A stretch of DNA of 64,000 nt, taken from the NCBI GenBank assembly GCA_017463125.1, contig JAFTPV010000003.1, positions 93,190 to 157,189 of the forward strand, in the 5' to 3' direction. Position 1 is the stretch's first letter; the number at the start of each line of letters is the position of its first letter. This DNA comes from Clostridia bacterium (GTDB lineage: Bacteria; Bacillota; Clostridia; Oscillospirales; CAG-272). Made by a program: the position numbers and the translations under genes. Below are positions 42,658-53,326 of the stretch, in pieces. Under the pieces are notes generated by a model. That model was given only the letters and a program-made list of their open reading frames with translations, was not told the origin of the DNA and ran no database searches.

Positions 42658-43589
42658 TATTCTAGTATATCTCCTAATTTGATTTTTCTGCCGCGAATAA
42701 AGTCACCGGCAGACATTCTGCCCTTGCCCTCCGGAATAACGGAGGTTATAAGAAGAGCGCCCTCGCCGCAAGCAACGGTTATAGAGCCCTCGCCCTTATC
42801 GTCAAGAGAGATGACCTTGCCTGCCTGCCCCGACTTATCCACGACCTTAGCCTTATTTATCTTTAGCATTTTGCCGCCAAGATATGCAAAAGCCCCGGGG
42901 ATAGGAGTAACTCCTCTTATCTGAAAATCTAGTTTTTGGGCAGATAAAGTAAAGTCAAGTTTACAATCTTCCTTTTCGACCTTCTTTGCATACGTTGCAA
43001 GAGAGTCATCTTGCTTTTCTCTTTTTACATTTCCATCTTCAATATCAAAGATGGTTTTGGAGAGAAGGGCCGAGCCTATATCGGCAGACCTATCGTGTAC
43101 CTTCTCAAAATCATCATCGTCAAGTATCGGGAAAACCTCTCTTGCGATAATGTCACCCGTGTCAAGTCCCTCGTCCATATACATTACGGTAACGCCTGTT
43201 TCACGCTCGCCCTCCATTATCGCTCTCTGCATAGGAGCGGCGCCTCTGTATTTCGGAAGAAGAGAAACGTGAAGATTTATACAACCGTATTTTGGGAAAT
43301 CTATTACGTTTTTCGGCAGTATTTTGCCGTATGCGACAACCACTATAAGCTCAGGAGAAAGCTCTGCGAGCAGTTGCTCAAAGCCTTCGTCACGAAGAGT
43401 TTTTGGAGTATATACGGGAATATCATTTTCAAGTGCCAAAGTCTTTGTCGGGGTCGGCATCATAACGTTGCCGCGTCCTCTCGGCTTATCCTCTCGGCTT
43501 ATAACGGAAGTTACGGTGTGGCCGTCGGATATGAGTCTTTTCAAGCAGGTTGCCGATATTTCGGGCGTGCCCATAAACATTATCTTCAT
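42657..43589 (-). CDS. fmt: methionyl-tRNA formyltransferase
   Basis: Begins MKIMFMGTPEIS and contains INLHVSLLPKYRGAAP. Confidence 0.95.
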   Translation of the reverse strand: MKIMFMGTPEISATCLKRLISDGHTVTSVISREDKPRGRGNVMMPTPTKTLALENDIPVYTPKTLRDEGFEQLLAELSPELIVVVAYGKILPKNVIDFPKYGCINLHVSLLPKYRGAAPMQRAIMEGERETGVTVMYMDEGLDTGDIIAREVFPILDDDDFEKVHDRSADIGSALLSKTIFDIEDGNVKREKQDDSLATYAKKVEKEDCKLDFTLSAQKLDFQIRGVTPIPGAFAYLGGKMLKINKAKVVDKSGQAGKVISLDDKGEGSITVACGEGALLITSVIPEGKGRMSAGDFIRGRKIKLGDILE

Positions 43590-43599
43590 AAAACTCTCC

Positions 43600-44067
43600 T
43601 TAAGAAAGCTCCTCGGGAGTCAGTGGGCGTATCTGTACGTCGGTATACAGCTTTCCGTCAAGGTGGTCGCACTCGTGGCAGATGGCTCTTGCAAGAAGGT
43701 CTGTTCCCGTCAGCTCGTACTCCTTACCGTGTCTGTCGGTAGCCTTGACGGTGACGGCCTTCGGGCGCTTCGTAATACCGTAATTTCCGGGGTTGGAAAG
43801 GCATCCCTCGTTATCCTGCTGCTCACCTGCGAAGGCAACGATCTTCGGGTTAATCATAACGTAGACCTTGCCCTCCTCTACCTCGATAACGACTATTCTG
43901 CGGAGAACGCCTACCTGCACCGCCGCAAGACCGCAGCCACCGGCATCTCTCATCGTTTCTATCATATCGTCAATGAGAGTCTGTATTCTCGGTGTTATTG
44001 TGTCAACCGGACGCGACACCTTGCGAAGCATTGGGTCGCCGAATTTTACTATCTTTAATTTTGCCAT
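43600..44067 (-). CDS. def: peptide deformylase
   Basis: Motifs GLAAVQVG, EGCLS and HECDHLDG. The start was trimmed to MAKLKIV. Confidence 0.95.
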   Translation of the reverse strand: MAKLKIVKFGDPMLRKVSRPVDTITPRIQTLIDDMIETMRDAGGCGLAAVQVGVLRRIVVIEVEEGKVYVMINPKIVAFAGEQQDNEGCLSNPGNYGITKRPKAVTVKATDRHGKEYELTGTDLLARAICHECDHLDGKLYTDVQIRPLTPEELS

Positions 44068-44083
44068 ATTCGTTTTTCCTTTT

Positions 44084-46324
44084 TTATATTGATAGCGGAT
44101 TAAGGTCAATAGCCAGACTGACGTTACGCATAAGCGAAAACTCGCATAACAGCTCGTGGAAAAGGCGCCTTGAGTCCTTTGTAAGCCTGCACTTAACGAC
44201 CATTCTCATCCTATATTTTTCATTTACCTTATAAACCTGCGCTTCAAATGGACCGTAAACCATAAACGGTAGCCTTGAGTACTCACCCTTCAGCTTTTCA
44301 ACTATCCTGTCGTGAAGCTGCTTTGAGGAAACGAAGAGCTGCTGCTCATCGTCGGAGGTGAGAGTGAGCTGTACCATATCGCAAAACGGCGGATAAGTAA
44401 GCTCGCGTCTTACAGCAATTTCGCCCTCGTAGAATTTCTCGTAATCCTGAAGGCAGGCAAGCCTTATTACCTCGTTCTTCGGCGCAAAGGTCTGTATCAC
44501 GGCAACGCCGCCGTTCTCCGCTCTTCCCGCTCTGCCGATTACCTGCGTGAGAAGAGAGAAGGTTCTCTCCGCCGCTCTGAAATCACTGACGTAAAGAGAA
44601 GTATCCGCAAGGGCTACGCCCACGAGCGTCACCTTCGGGAAATCGTGTCCCTTAGCAACCATCTGCGTACCGAGTAGAATATCTGCCTTCTGCGCTCTGA
44701 AATCCTCGAGCATTCTGTCGTACGCCATCTTACCGCCTGTGGTATCAGCGTCCATACGCATAACCGTCATATTCGGAAGATATTTTTCAAGCTCGCTCTC
44801 AAGCTTCTGCGTTCCGTAGCCTAAAAAAGAGAGCTTATCAGAGCTGCACGAGGGACATAATCTTGGTGGCTTTTCACTATATCCGCAAAGGTGGCAGAGC
44901 AGCTTTCCGCCGTCAGAGCTCGCGTGATAGGTAAGCGTGACCGAGCAGTGCGGACAGGTTATAACGTCGCCGCACTCCTTGCAGGATATTTGAGTAGAAT
45001 ATCCGCGCCTATTTAAGAAAATTATTGCCTGCTTTTCGTTCTCATAAACGTTCTCGAGCGATGAATGAAGCCTGTTGCTTATCGGCGAGGTGTTACCCTG
45101 TCTGAGCTCCTCACGCATATCGACTATCACAGCCTCGGGCAGCTTGACGCCGCCGTATCTTGTGCGAAGTGTGATAAGCTCATACACCCCTTGCTTTGCT
45201 TTATAAAAGCTTTCAAGAGATGGTGTAGCAGAGGCTAAAAGCATCAGCGCTCCCGCCTTACCGCAACGGTATGCGGCAATATCTCTGGCATGATACTTCG
45301 GGTCGGACTCTGACTTATAGGTATGCTCATGCTCCTCGTCTATGACTATCATACCTATATTTTCAAGAGGAGCGAATATTGCCGAGCGAGTTCCTATAAC
45401 CAAATCAACCTCGCCGCGCTTTATCCTGCGCCACGCGTCAAGCCGCTCCCCCTTCGAGAGCGAGGAATGTATTACGGCTACCCTATCTCCGTATCTTGTG
45501 CAGAATATATCAACGGTCTGGGGCGTCAGGGAAATTTCGGGCACGAGCATTATTACCGTCTTGCCGTCGGCAACAGTCCTGTCAATAGCCCGCATTATGA
45601 CCTTGGTTTTTCCGCTGCCCGTAACGCCGTAAAGCAGGGCGGCCCTTGCCTCAGGACTCTCGTAAAGCGACTCTATCGTCTGATAAGCCACCGTCTGCTC
45701 CTCACTGAGTATTATAGGCGATGTATTTCTGCGGCTTGCATAATCGGCATAAGGATTTCTTACCGACTCGTATTCAAATATCTTGATTATACCCTTATCG
45801 GCAAGCGCCTTTATATGCGTCGGGCTTACACCTAAAATATCTCTCACCAGCTCCATATCCGCAGAGCCTATATCCATAAGATATTTTATTATTTCTCTCT
45901 GTCCTTCGCTCCTAATACCCGCTCTGCCCGTTGCCGCAAGGAGCGCCTCACACTCATCTTTTGAAAGAGTAAGCGCCACAGTCTTTTTATACTTAATGTT
46001 AAGGATCTCTGACAGCGCGCCAGGAGGCAAAACGCTCCTTGCTGCCTCACCGAAGGTGCAAAGCGTATATTCCTTCAAAAACAGACACAGCCCGAGCATC
46101 TCCTCGGAAAGAGAATATCGGTCAGAGGATACCGAATGCACGGGCTTTAGGCTCTCGCTATCGGTGGAGGACTTTACAAGAGAAACAACTCCCTGACGTA
46201 GCTTATTTGCCTTACCAAACGGGACTCTGACGATGCTCCCGACCTTTAGCGTATCATCACATAAATAGTCAAAGGGGCGGTCTATATGATATGGCGCATC
46301 AAAAAGATATACCTCACAATACAT
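44084..46324 (-). CDS. priA: primosomal protein N' (replication restart helicase PriA)
   Basis: Walker A GVTGSGKT, DEEH box, a Cys4 zinc region (CKECG...CPHC...CHLCG...CPSC), and QVIGRAGR. Confidence 0.95.
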   Translation of the reverse strand: MYCEVYLFDAPYHIDRPFDYLCDDTLKVGSIVRVPFGKANKLRQGVVSLVKSSTDSESLKPVHSVSSDRYSLSEEMLGLCLFLKEYTLCTFGEAARSVLPPGALSEILNIKYKKTVALTLSKDECEALLAATGRAGIRSEGQREIIKYLMDIGSADMELVRDILGVSPTHIKALADKGIIKIFEYESVRNPYADYASRRNTSPIILSEEQTVAYQTIESLYESPEARAALLYGVTGSGKTKVIMRAIDRTVADGKTVIMLVPEISLTPQTVDIFCTRYGDRVAVIHSSLSKGERLDAWRRIKRGEVDLVIGTRSAIFAPLENIGMIVIDEEHEHTYKSESDPKYHARDIAAYRCGKAGALMLLASATPSLESFYKAKQGVYELITLRTRYGGVKLPEAVIVDMREELRQGNTSPISNRLHSSLENVYENEKQAIIFLNRRGYSTQISCKECGDVITCPHCSVTLTYHASSDGGKLLCHLCGYSEKPPRLCPSCSSDKLSFLGYGTQKLESELEKYLPNMTVMRMDADTTGGKMAYDRMLEDFRAQKADILLGTQMVAKGHDFPKVTLVGVALADTSLYVSDFRAAERTFSLLTQVIGRAGRAENGGVAVIQTFAPKNEVIRLACLQDYEKFYEGEIAVRRELTYPPFCDMVQLTLTSDDEQQLFVSSKQLHDRIVEKLKGEYSRLPFMVYGPFEAQVYKVNEKYRMRMVVKCRLTKDSRRLFHELLCEFSLMRNVSLAIDLNPLSI

Positions 46325-46360
46325 ACCGCACTCCCTCTGCTCTTTTTCTGATTTAATAAA

Positions 46361-46630
46361 TTATTTCGCTCCCTCGGGGCGTACCATCTGGAATCTGCCC
46401 TCCTCGAGCTTGGCAATTGCAATTTTTACAGCCTTCTTGTCCTTGTATTCGGGGTCGATAAGGGAGGCAAGGGGCTTCTCGGTTTCGTGATTATCAATCA
46501 TCTTCTGCGCCTTGTTACGCATATCAATATACTCGTCGGTAACGATACGCGCGCATTTTGCAACACCGACAACGAGCTCGTAGCGGTTAAATTCACCTTT
46601 TGTAAGTTCTTCAATAGTAGGATAGATCAT
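46361..46630 (-). CDS. rpoZ: DNA-directed RNA polymerase subunit omega
   Basis: Trimmed to MIYPTIEELTKGEFNRYELVVGVAKCARIV after GGAG. This is typical of Firmicute omega. Confidence 0.8.
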   Translation of the reverse strand: MIYPTIEELTKGEFNRYELVVGVAKCARIVTDEYIDMRNKAQKMIDNHETEKPLASLIDPEYKDKKAVKIAIAKLEEGRFQMVRPEGAK

Positions 46631-46673
46631 TTTTATCTCCGTTCTGCCGTAATGGCAAAAATTTTTACTTAAA

Positions 46674-46943
46674 TTATTCGATGTCAGAATCGTCCGACTC
46701 ATCCCCGTCATCATTAGATAGACGGTTGGTTATTGTTTCTGCCTGAATGGCAGAAAGTATTACGTGCTCGGAATCGGTAACTATTACCGCTCTGGTTCTT
46801 CTGCCGCAGGAAACGTCAATTACTCTGCCCTCCTCCTTTGCATCACGCACGAGCCTCTTTATCGGCTCGGAGTCGGGAGATGCTATGGCAACTATTCGTC
46901 CTGCGGAGACCATATTTCCGAAGCCTATGTTTATAAATTTCAT
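46674..46943 (-). CDS. remA: RemA/DUF370 family regulator
   Basis: Begins [30 protein letters not shown] and contains [16 protein letters not shown]. Confidence 0.85.
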   Translation of the reverse strand: MKFINIGFGNMVSAGRIVAIASPDSEPIKRLVRDAKEEGRVIDVSCGRRTRAVIVTDSEHVILSAIQAETITNRLSNDDGDESDDSDIE

Positions 46944-47078
46944 ATTTTTTCCTTTTCAACAATATTCAAAGTGAGGCACACAAAACGCGAAGAAATTTGG
47001 ATGGAGTGCAAAGATTTTCGTGTTGCCAGCCATAGAAACCTACGGCAAAACCGAAAATTCTGAAGCAATCCGCTAAAT

Positions 47079-47963
47079 TTATTCGATGTTTTGTACCTGC
47101 TCTCGAATTTTTTCGAGTTCGCCTTTCATATTAACGACTATGCGGGCAATTTTTGCATTATTGCACTTGGAGCCTATGGTGTTGGTTTCACGGTTAAGCT
47201 CTTGCATCAGGAAATCAAGCTTTCTGCCCGAGGGCTCGCTTGACGCCGCTATCTCGTAGAAGGCGCCAAAATGGGAGCGGAGCCTTACAAGCTCCTCGTC
47301 AATAGCTATTTTATCCGCCCAGATAGCGCACTCTGTAAGCAGGCGGTTTTCGTCTATCTCAACATCGACCTCGCCTATTATGGCACGTATCCTTGCTTCA
47401 AGCTTGTCGCGGTAGCCTACGGTATCCTCCCTGGAAATAGCCTCAACCTCGTCAGCATACGTGCGTACCAGCTCAATTTTAGCCTTAATGTCACGCTCGG
47501 CACACTCGCCCTCGCGCTCGCGCATAGCCGTGTATCCGGCTAGCGCCTCATCTAAAACCTCGCGGAAGGTCTGCCACTCTGCCTCAAGATCCTCCTCGTC
47601 CTTGTTAAAGGTGAAGATGTCTTGATTTCTTGCAACGCTCATAACGCTGATGTCGTTACGAAGAGAAAACTCTGTTGCCAGTGTGTTAAGAGCGGCAATA
47701 TAGCTCTCAGCATAAGCTCTGTCAATGCCTACGTTGCCAACGCCTGCCGTGTGGTTATCAACAGTAACGAAAACGTCAACCTTCGCTCTTGTAACAAACT
47801 GCTTAACGTACTCCTTTATTCTCTCCTCGAGGAAGATATATGCTCTCGGAAGCTTTACATTACAGTCAAAGAAGCGCGAGTTTACGCTCTTTATCTCAAT
47901 GGTAATATCCTTAAGCTCGCTCTCGTGCTTTGCTCTGCCGAAGGCGGTCATGCTCTTTATCAT
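47079..47963 (-). CDS. YicC/YloC family endoribonuclease
   Basis: Begins MIKSMTAFGRA, has ELKSVNSRF-type motifs, and ends LNRETNTIGSK...ELEKIREQVQNIE. Confidence 0.85.
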   Translation of the reverse strand: MIKSMTAFGRAKHESELKDITIEIKSVNSRFFDCNVKLPRAYIFLEERIKEYVKQFVTRAKVDVFVTVDNHTAGVGNVGIDRAYAESYIAALNTLATEFSLRNDISVMSVARNQDIFTFNKDEEDLEAEWQTFREVLDEALAGYTAMREREGECAERDIKAKIELVRTYADEVEAISREDTVGYRDKLEARIRAIIGEVDVEIDENRLLTECAIWADKIAIDEELVRLRSHFGAFYEIAASSEPSGRKLDFLMQELNRETNTIGSKCNNAKIARIVVNMKGELEKIREQVQNIE

Positions 47964-48430
47964 TTCTTACCTCCCAGCGCCCCGGATTTTTTAGACGAGA
48001 GGCTCTTAATTTCATTCATAAAGGAATCAACGTCCTTAAACTCTCTGTAAACCGAGGCAAATCTGATATACGAAACAATGTCTATTTCCTTGAGTCTTGT
48101 GAGAACCATCTCGCCAATGCTCTTTGACGAAATCTCGGTGACGATGGAGTTCTGAAGCTCTGTTTCAATAGAGGCGGCTATTTCCTCCGCGTTCACAGGT
48201 CTTTTTTGACAGGCGCGCTCTATACCTAAAATGAGCTTATGCTTGTCGAAGAACTCGCGTCTGCCGTCGCGCTTAACTACGGCGATGGGAACGGTATCTA
48301 CTACCTCGTAGGTTGTAAATCTTTTTCCGCAGACGGGACATTCGCGGCGGCGCTTTATGCTGGCGCCGTCATCTATAGGACGGGAGTCAAGAACTCTGGA
48401 ATCTTGAGAATTACAAACGGGACATTTCAT
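47960..48430 (-). CDS. nrdR: transcriptional repressor NrdR
   Basis: Begins MKCPVCNSQDSRVLDSR, contains RRRECPVCGKRFTTYE, and has an ATP-cone domain. Confidence 0.95.
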   Translation of the reverse strand: MKCPVCNSQDSRVLDSRPIDDGASIKRRRECPVCGKRFTTYEVVDTVPIAVVKRDGRREFFDKHKLILGIERACQKRPVNAEEIAASIETELQNSIVTEISSKSIGEMVLTRLKEIDIVSYIRFASVYREFKDVDSFMNEIKSLSSKKSGALGGKK

Positions 48431-48527
48431 AAAATATACTCCGAGGATTATTATTCATATTATTTTATCATAAATATTTGTAAAAGTAAAGGGGTAAAAG
48501 GAAAAAACTCGGTAATTTATTTATAAT

Positions 48528-48558
48528 TAAAAAAACGGTCGGCTTTTTTGCCGACCGT
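48528..48558 (-). terminator. intrinsic terminator after the PAP2 gene
   Basis: Stem acggtcggc/gccgaccgt followed by a U-run. Confidence 0.75.
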
Positions 48559-48568
48559 GCGTAAAGTA

Positions 48569-49573
48569 TTATTTGTCTTTTCCGACAAGTGCTCTAATCT
48601 TATCGCTGAATTTATCAAGAGGTGCTATGCGAAGCTCGGAGAACCACTTAAAAGTAAGAGGCCAAACCGCTCCTGCAAATGCAACTATAAGGAAATATCT
48701 CACTATTCTTGCCACGTACTCGTTGCCGAAAAGGGCTGTAAGAGGAGAAGAGAGTCCTGCCTTGATAAGCATTACTATGCCGAAGCCTACTGCGGCTTTG
48801 ATTATCTGGGCATACCATTTTGCCTTCGTATCAAAATTGATAAACATCGTATCAACCACAAAGACGAGAACCAGCCCAACGGTGCAACCGAGAAGCGTGC
48901 AGGCGTTTTTTAGAGCGCTGTGGTAATTCTCCGGGTCAACAGAGGCGTCCGAGGAAACAGAAAGAACGAAAGCGACGAACAAAAACGACGCTATAGCAGA
49001 TATGATAACTATTTTAGGATATGCCCTGTTAAATTTTTCTTCAGTTTCAAACCAAGGACGCATCAGCATTACAAGCGCTGCGGATATAGCAAGCGACGTA
49101 ACCACGTCAAGAGGAGTATGTACACCAAGATACATACGTGAGAAGGAAACAAGCGCAATAACCGTAAGAGAAACGGCTACTACCCATCTTTTCTTTCTGT
49201 TGTATGCGGCTACACATCCAAGGGTGGTGGCGATATTCTGCGTATGTCCAGAGGGAAAGGAGTAACCTGTCGCTTCTATTTTAGAATTACCTATCGGTTG
49301 AAATTCAGGGTCTATTACCCAAGGTCTTGGAACACGGCACGCGAGCTTTACCGCTTGATTAAAAAGAGTGCCGAGAAGTCCCGTGAGCAAAATATAATAC
49401 CCCTCCCGTTTGTTCACGCACCAGAAGAAAACTATTGAAATTACAAGGAAGACCGTTTCCTCACCGAGATGAGTCACGGTTTCAAAGATGAAATCAAATA
49501 CAGGGTTGCCGATGTCACGAAGAAAATAAAGAAAAGGCATACACCACTCGGCAACAGATGTTAAAAATTCCAT
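48569..49573 (-). CDS. PAP2 family phosphatase fused to extra transmembrane segments
   Basis: Motifs RPW....SFPSGHT....SRMYLGVHTPLDV. Confidence 0.7.
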   Translation of the reverse strand: MEFLTSVAEWCMPFLYFLRDIGNPVFDFIFETVTHLGEETVFLVISIVFFWCVNKREGYYILLTGLLGTLFNQAVKLACRVPRPWVIDPEFQPIGNSKIEATGYSFPSGHTQNIATTLGCVAAYNRKKRWVVAVSLTVIALVSFSRMYLGVHTPLDVVTSLAISAALVMLMRPWFETEEKFNRAYPKIVIISAIASFLFVAFVLSVSSDASVDPENYHSALKNACTLLGCTVGLVLVFVVDTMFINFDTKAKWYAQIIKAAVGFGIVMLIKAGLSSPLTALFGNEYVARIVRYFLIVAFAGAVWPLTFKWFSELRIAPLDKFSDKIRALVGKDK

Positions 49574-49597
49574 AAAATCTCCTTAGGATATTAAAAT

Positions 49598-50389
49598 TCA
49601 AGCCAAATAAATATACATATATATACCTATCCACTGCACGACAGCACCGGCAAACACGAAGAAATGCCATATAAAATGCGACGCCTTAAGCTTTATCGTG
49701 AAGGGAATGATACCAAGGGTGTATATGATGCCTCCAAGCAGTATCCACGTTGCCATATTAGCCGCTCCTCCGAGCACCATAAACGGCAAAAGCGCAAGAG
49801 CGCTCCACCCCAGAATTACGTATAGCGGAATATGCAGGAAGCGGAGCCTTGACGGACCAAAAACGGCGACGAAGGTTATACCCGCTGCAATAACAGCCCA
49901 CTGAACAGCAAAGAATATCCAGCCGAATATATTGTTAAAATAACAAATAAGAACCGGAGCAAACGTGGCACCTATGAGAAGATAGATGCCCGAATAGTCA
50001 AACCTGCGGAAAAGTCTCTTGACCGCAGAGCCGTAAGCAAAGGCATGATACAGGCAGCTCATAGTAAACATGCAGAAAAGTCCTGCAAAATAAATAACAG
50101 CCGATATATATTCCTCGGCAGTATTCGCTGAGATAAGCATTAAGATAAGAGCCACAACAGCAAAAATGCTGCCCAAGCCGTGAGTTACGGAGTTACCGAT
50201 CTCCTCAAGAAGTGAGCGCTTCGGAGGATCCTTTGGTGCCGGCTTCCCTTCACTCTCATAGAGCTTTGAAAGCTCGCGCTTATATATTTCTTCAGCCTCA
50301 ACGCACTCACTGACAAAGCGCCCCTTTGCCAAGGCGAGAGCCGACTTGTATTCTGATTTAATTTGTTTTTTCGTTTTCATATCCATCAT
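49598..50389 (-). CDS. hemolysin III/PAQR family membrane protein
   Basis: Seven TM segments. The motifs NSVTHGLG and the C-terminal HFIWHFFV are typical of the family. Confidence 0.8.
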   Translation of the reverse strand: MMDMKTKKQIKSEYKSALALAKGRFVSECVEAEEIYKRELSKLYESEGKPAPKDPPKRSLLEEIGNSVTHGLGSIFAVVALILMLISANTAEEYISAVIYFAGLFCMFTMSCLYHAFAYGSAVKRLFRRFDYSGIYLLIGATFAPVLICYFNNIFGWIFFAVQWAVIAAGITFVAVFGPSRLRFLHIPLYVILGWSALALLPFMVLGGAANMATWILLGGIIYTLGIIPFTIKLKASHFIWHFFVFAGAVVQWIGIYMYIYLA

Positions 50390-50549
50390 ATTACGGTTCG
50401 TTCTGATAAAATTTAAGTAAAAAATGCTTTCTGTATTTTTTTGAATTTATAAGCGTATTTGTGATTTTTAACGGTTTTTGTAAATAAATATTGTCAAAAT
50501 CAAGGTTTGGCGCACTTCCACATTTGGCAGTGCGCCATCTTTTCACATA

Positions 50550-51188
50550 TTACTTAAGAAGCTTTTCCACCGCTGCTTTGATCTCAGGGCACTTGCAGTT
50601 AGCGAAGAAGTACTCCTGGAACTTGGGGCCTGCGATAGCACCCTTCACAAGATCTCTGTCAAGGTTCTCAAGGATATAAACCATATCGGTATGAGTTACC
50701 TTCTTAACCTCGTCAAGTATTTTCTTGTTTCTCTGCTCGGGAACTGCTCTCTCACGAGGATAGCCAAGACCCCACTCGGAAACGAAGAGCTTCTCGAAAA
50801 CATACTGAAGGTTGAGCTCGCAGCCCCAGCCCCAGCCCTTTGCAAAAGGCATAGCGATAGCGTTACCGTTATTTACCTGGGTGAACTGGTATGCATCAGT
50901 GGGATCAACAACGTGACCGCAAAGAACGCCGGGGAATGAGTTACAAGCGAGCATTGCGCCCTCGCCCGTGCCGCAGCCTGTGATAACAAGGTCGCAAGCA
51001 CCGGAGTTAAGAAGGATAGCCGAAAGGATACCGATCTGAACGTATGTAAGCTGCTCCTTGTCCTCTGCGGAGTACATTCCGTAGTTGTAAACCTCATGGC
51101 CGAGAGGCTCTACAACGCTCTTTAAGGTGTTGCAGATAAGCTCGTTTTTAGCCGCCTGGCTGTTTTCATTGATAAGTGCGATTTTCAT
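50550..51188 (-). CDS. RpiB/LacA/LacB family sugar-phosphate isomerase (long form)
   Basis: Contains LVITGCGTGEGAMLACNSFPGV. Confidence 0.65.
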   Translation of the reverse strand: MKIALINENSQAAKNELICNTLKSVVEPLGHEVYNYGMYSAEDKEQLTYVQIGILSAILLNSGACDLVITGCGTGEGAMLACNSFPGVLCGHVVDPTDAYQFTQVNNGNAIAMPFAKGWGWGCELNLQYVFEKLFVSEWGLGYPRERAVPEQRNKKILDEVKKVTHTDMVYILENLDRDLVKGAIAGPKFQEYFFANCKCPEIKAAVEKLLK

Positions 51189-51207
51189 AATTTTTCTCCT
51201 ATATATT

Positions 51208-53202
51208 TTATTTTTTTAATTTTGGTAAATTATAAAGAGTAAGATTTCCGTGCATATCCGTAACAATCAGCGTATCTTTTACGATTTTTGGAGTAGTGAT
51301 TATCGGTGTACCTACCCCTATAATTGCAAGAGGCTCACCTTTATCAATATCATAAAAGTAGACGTTACCGTCACTTGATGCAAACATTATTACTCCGTCA
51401 TAGACTTCGGTCACCTCTCCAACAGCTATATGAGCCGAGTGATCAAGATACGGGCAGATAGCCATAAGAGATTTTGACGTTTTATAACTATACTTTACAT
51501 TTAACGCATGTTTTTCAAAGGCTATTACACCCGAGTCAGACGTTGCTACGAATATAAGGTCGTTTATTATAAGCGGGCGCGAGGGGGTATCGAATGTACT
51601 GTCGGGGAATTTTTCTGTTTTTGCAACAACCTCACCCGCTTCAAGATCAAGTCTGTAAAGAGTTGTTCCCGACGGCACGTAAAGATTATTATTTTCAATA
51701 ATCGGCGTTGCTATCGCATCCTTGATCTTGTCGTTATGCCACAATGGCTCTCCATTCTCAGAAAGAACCGTCAAGCGTCCCCACTGTGACGGAAAAACTA
51801 TTCTTCCGTCCTGCTTTAGTATCGGGGCTGACTTATATCCGTTTTTATTATTTTCATAAGTGAATTTAAGCTCACCACAAGCTTTGGAATAAGCGCAAAG
51901 TGATGCTCCTGCGTGAACGTAAAGAAGATTTCCGTCCTCTATAAGTCCGCCCTTATGATAATTCAATGCTGCGTACGGAACGGTCACCGACCATAAAATT
52001 TCACCGTCTATTGCGCGATATGCCGTCAAACTTCCGCGTGTGTCGAATACGAAGAGCGCACCGTCGCTATAAACAGGCTCGCATTTTACACCGTCACCAA
52101 GGTCTATCTTATAAATAATGTCACCGCTTTCGGCATCAAGGGAGTAAAGCGCGCAGGATTTAGGAAATCCGTCGTCTGCACTCACCGCGTATATGCGCCC
52201 GTCAGAATAGATAGGAGAGGTGAAAAACGGTGCGCCAAGCTTTTTTCTGTAAACGAAGGGAGTTAAATCACCCTCGTATTTTCTCTCGTTATAGATGATT
52301 TTGCTGGTTAAGTCACCGCCTGCAATCTCAACTATTCTGATAGAAGCCGGTGAGAGATCTATACCTCCCTGGTCTGGGCGAGCAGTTGAAATATTAAAAG
52401 CATCGCACTCGGTTTTGTTGCAGAAATTTATGTGAAGATGCCCGAATATCCAAGCAAGGATACCGTGCTCCTTCAAGTCAACAGACTCCTCGCCACCATA
52501 AACGAAATCCTCCTCCGACTCGTGACAGTAGGTGTGCGAGAATACCACGACACGCTTGTCGCGCTCAACAGTTGCAAGGTCGTTTTTGAGCCATCTGACC
52601 GAATCGAGAGGATCGTATAGGCCTGCCGTCTCTCCTTTTCTGATTGGGAGAACAACGTAATGCGTGCCGCCAAAGTCAAAGGAATAATATACTGGGCCGT
52701 AAAGGCGCTCGAAGGTATATTCTCCATACTTATCGTTCACATAATCATGGTTACCGATAGTGTATCTAACGGGAATGCCCAGCGTATGATAGTTAAGCTC
52801 TCTGTAATGCGCCTCAAGACCTCTTACACGGCAAATATCACCGGTGTGTATAAGGAAATCACACCCCTCGGTAAATACGCTCTGCCTTGCAAAGTCTATC
52901 CACTTATCAACACTCGCATTATCAAGAAATATTTCGGTATCCGATACGTGAGCAAAGCGGCTGGAATCCTTCTCCGGTGCCGGAGAAATATAGAAATCAT
53001 ATACGCTGTGCTCGCGGTCAATATACCTGAACCAATCGTCGTGATAAAGTGTAAGAGCACCAACCGAAATAACGTTTGCACGCTCCCAACCGGCAAGAGA
53101 GTAAAAGCCGTCCTCGTCGGTAAAAGATATATTTAATCCGTCTGTAACCTTGATATCTTTAAGCGGTGTTCCGTCATACAGATAAACGTGACCTGTATAC
53201 AT
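51208..53202 (-). CDS. calcineurin-like metallophosphoesterase fused to a PQQ-like beta-propeller
   Basis: Phosphoesterase motifs SDTE, GDI, GNHD and GHLH, then repeated propeller blades of the YAVS.DG..Y..D...G type. The start is uncertain: the ORF extends to 53268 and I chose the Met at 53202. Confidence 0.6.
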   Translation of the reverse strand: MYTGHVYLYDGTPLKDIKVTDGLNISFTDEDGFYSLAGWERANVISVGALTLYHDDWFRYIDREHSVYDFYISPAPEKDSSRFAHVSDTEIFLDNASVDKWIDFARQSVFTEGCDFLIHTGDICRVRGLEAHYRELNYHTLGIPVRYTIGNHDYVNDKYGEYTFERLYGPVYYSFDFGGTHYVVLPIRKGETAGLYDPLDSVRWLKNDLATVERDKRVVVFSHTYCHESEEDFVYGGEESVDLKEHGILAWIFGHLHINFCNKTECDAFNISTARPDQGGIDLSPASIRIVEIAGGDLTSKIIYNERKYEGDLTPFVYRKKLGAPFFTSPIYSDGRIYAVSADDGFPKSCALYSLDAESGDIIYKIDLGDGVKCEPVYSDGALFVFDTRGSLTAYRAIDGEILWSVTVPYAALNYHKGGLIEDGNLLYVHAGASLCAYSKACGELKFTYENNKNGYKSAPILKQDGRIVFPSQWGRLTVLSENGEPLWHNDKIKDAIATPIIENNNLYVPSGTTLYRLDLEAGEVVAKTEKFPDSTFDTPSRPLIINDLIFVATSDSGVIAFEKHALNVKYSYKTSKSLMAICPYLDHSAHIAVGEVTEVYDGVIMFASSDGNVYFYDIDKGEPLAIIGVGTPIITTPKIVKDTLIVTDMHGNLTLYNLPKLKK

Positions 53203-53326
53203 ATTTATGACTATTCCTTTCTTAGTGAGGTCGTTTGTCTCCGGTTTCCGCGAGGAAATTCGTTCCATACCCTACGGAACGAAAGGCACAAACGACGATT
53301 TATTTTCAAACTTTTCTCCTAAAATA

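Noticed and set aside
38628-46943. Synteny oddities: no gmk between remA and rpoZ, no PP2C phosphatase and Ser/Thr kinase pair between rlmN and rsgA, and no rplK-rplA upstream of rplJ
   Set aside because: These differ from the Bacillus-type order, but gene order varies among Clostridia and the genes may simply be elsewhere. Nothing in the junction sequences suggests recent deletion.
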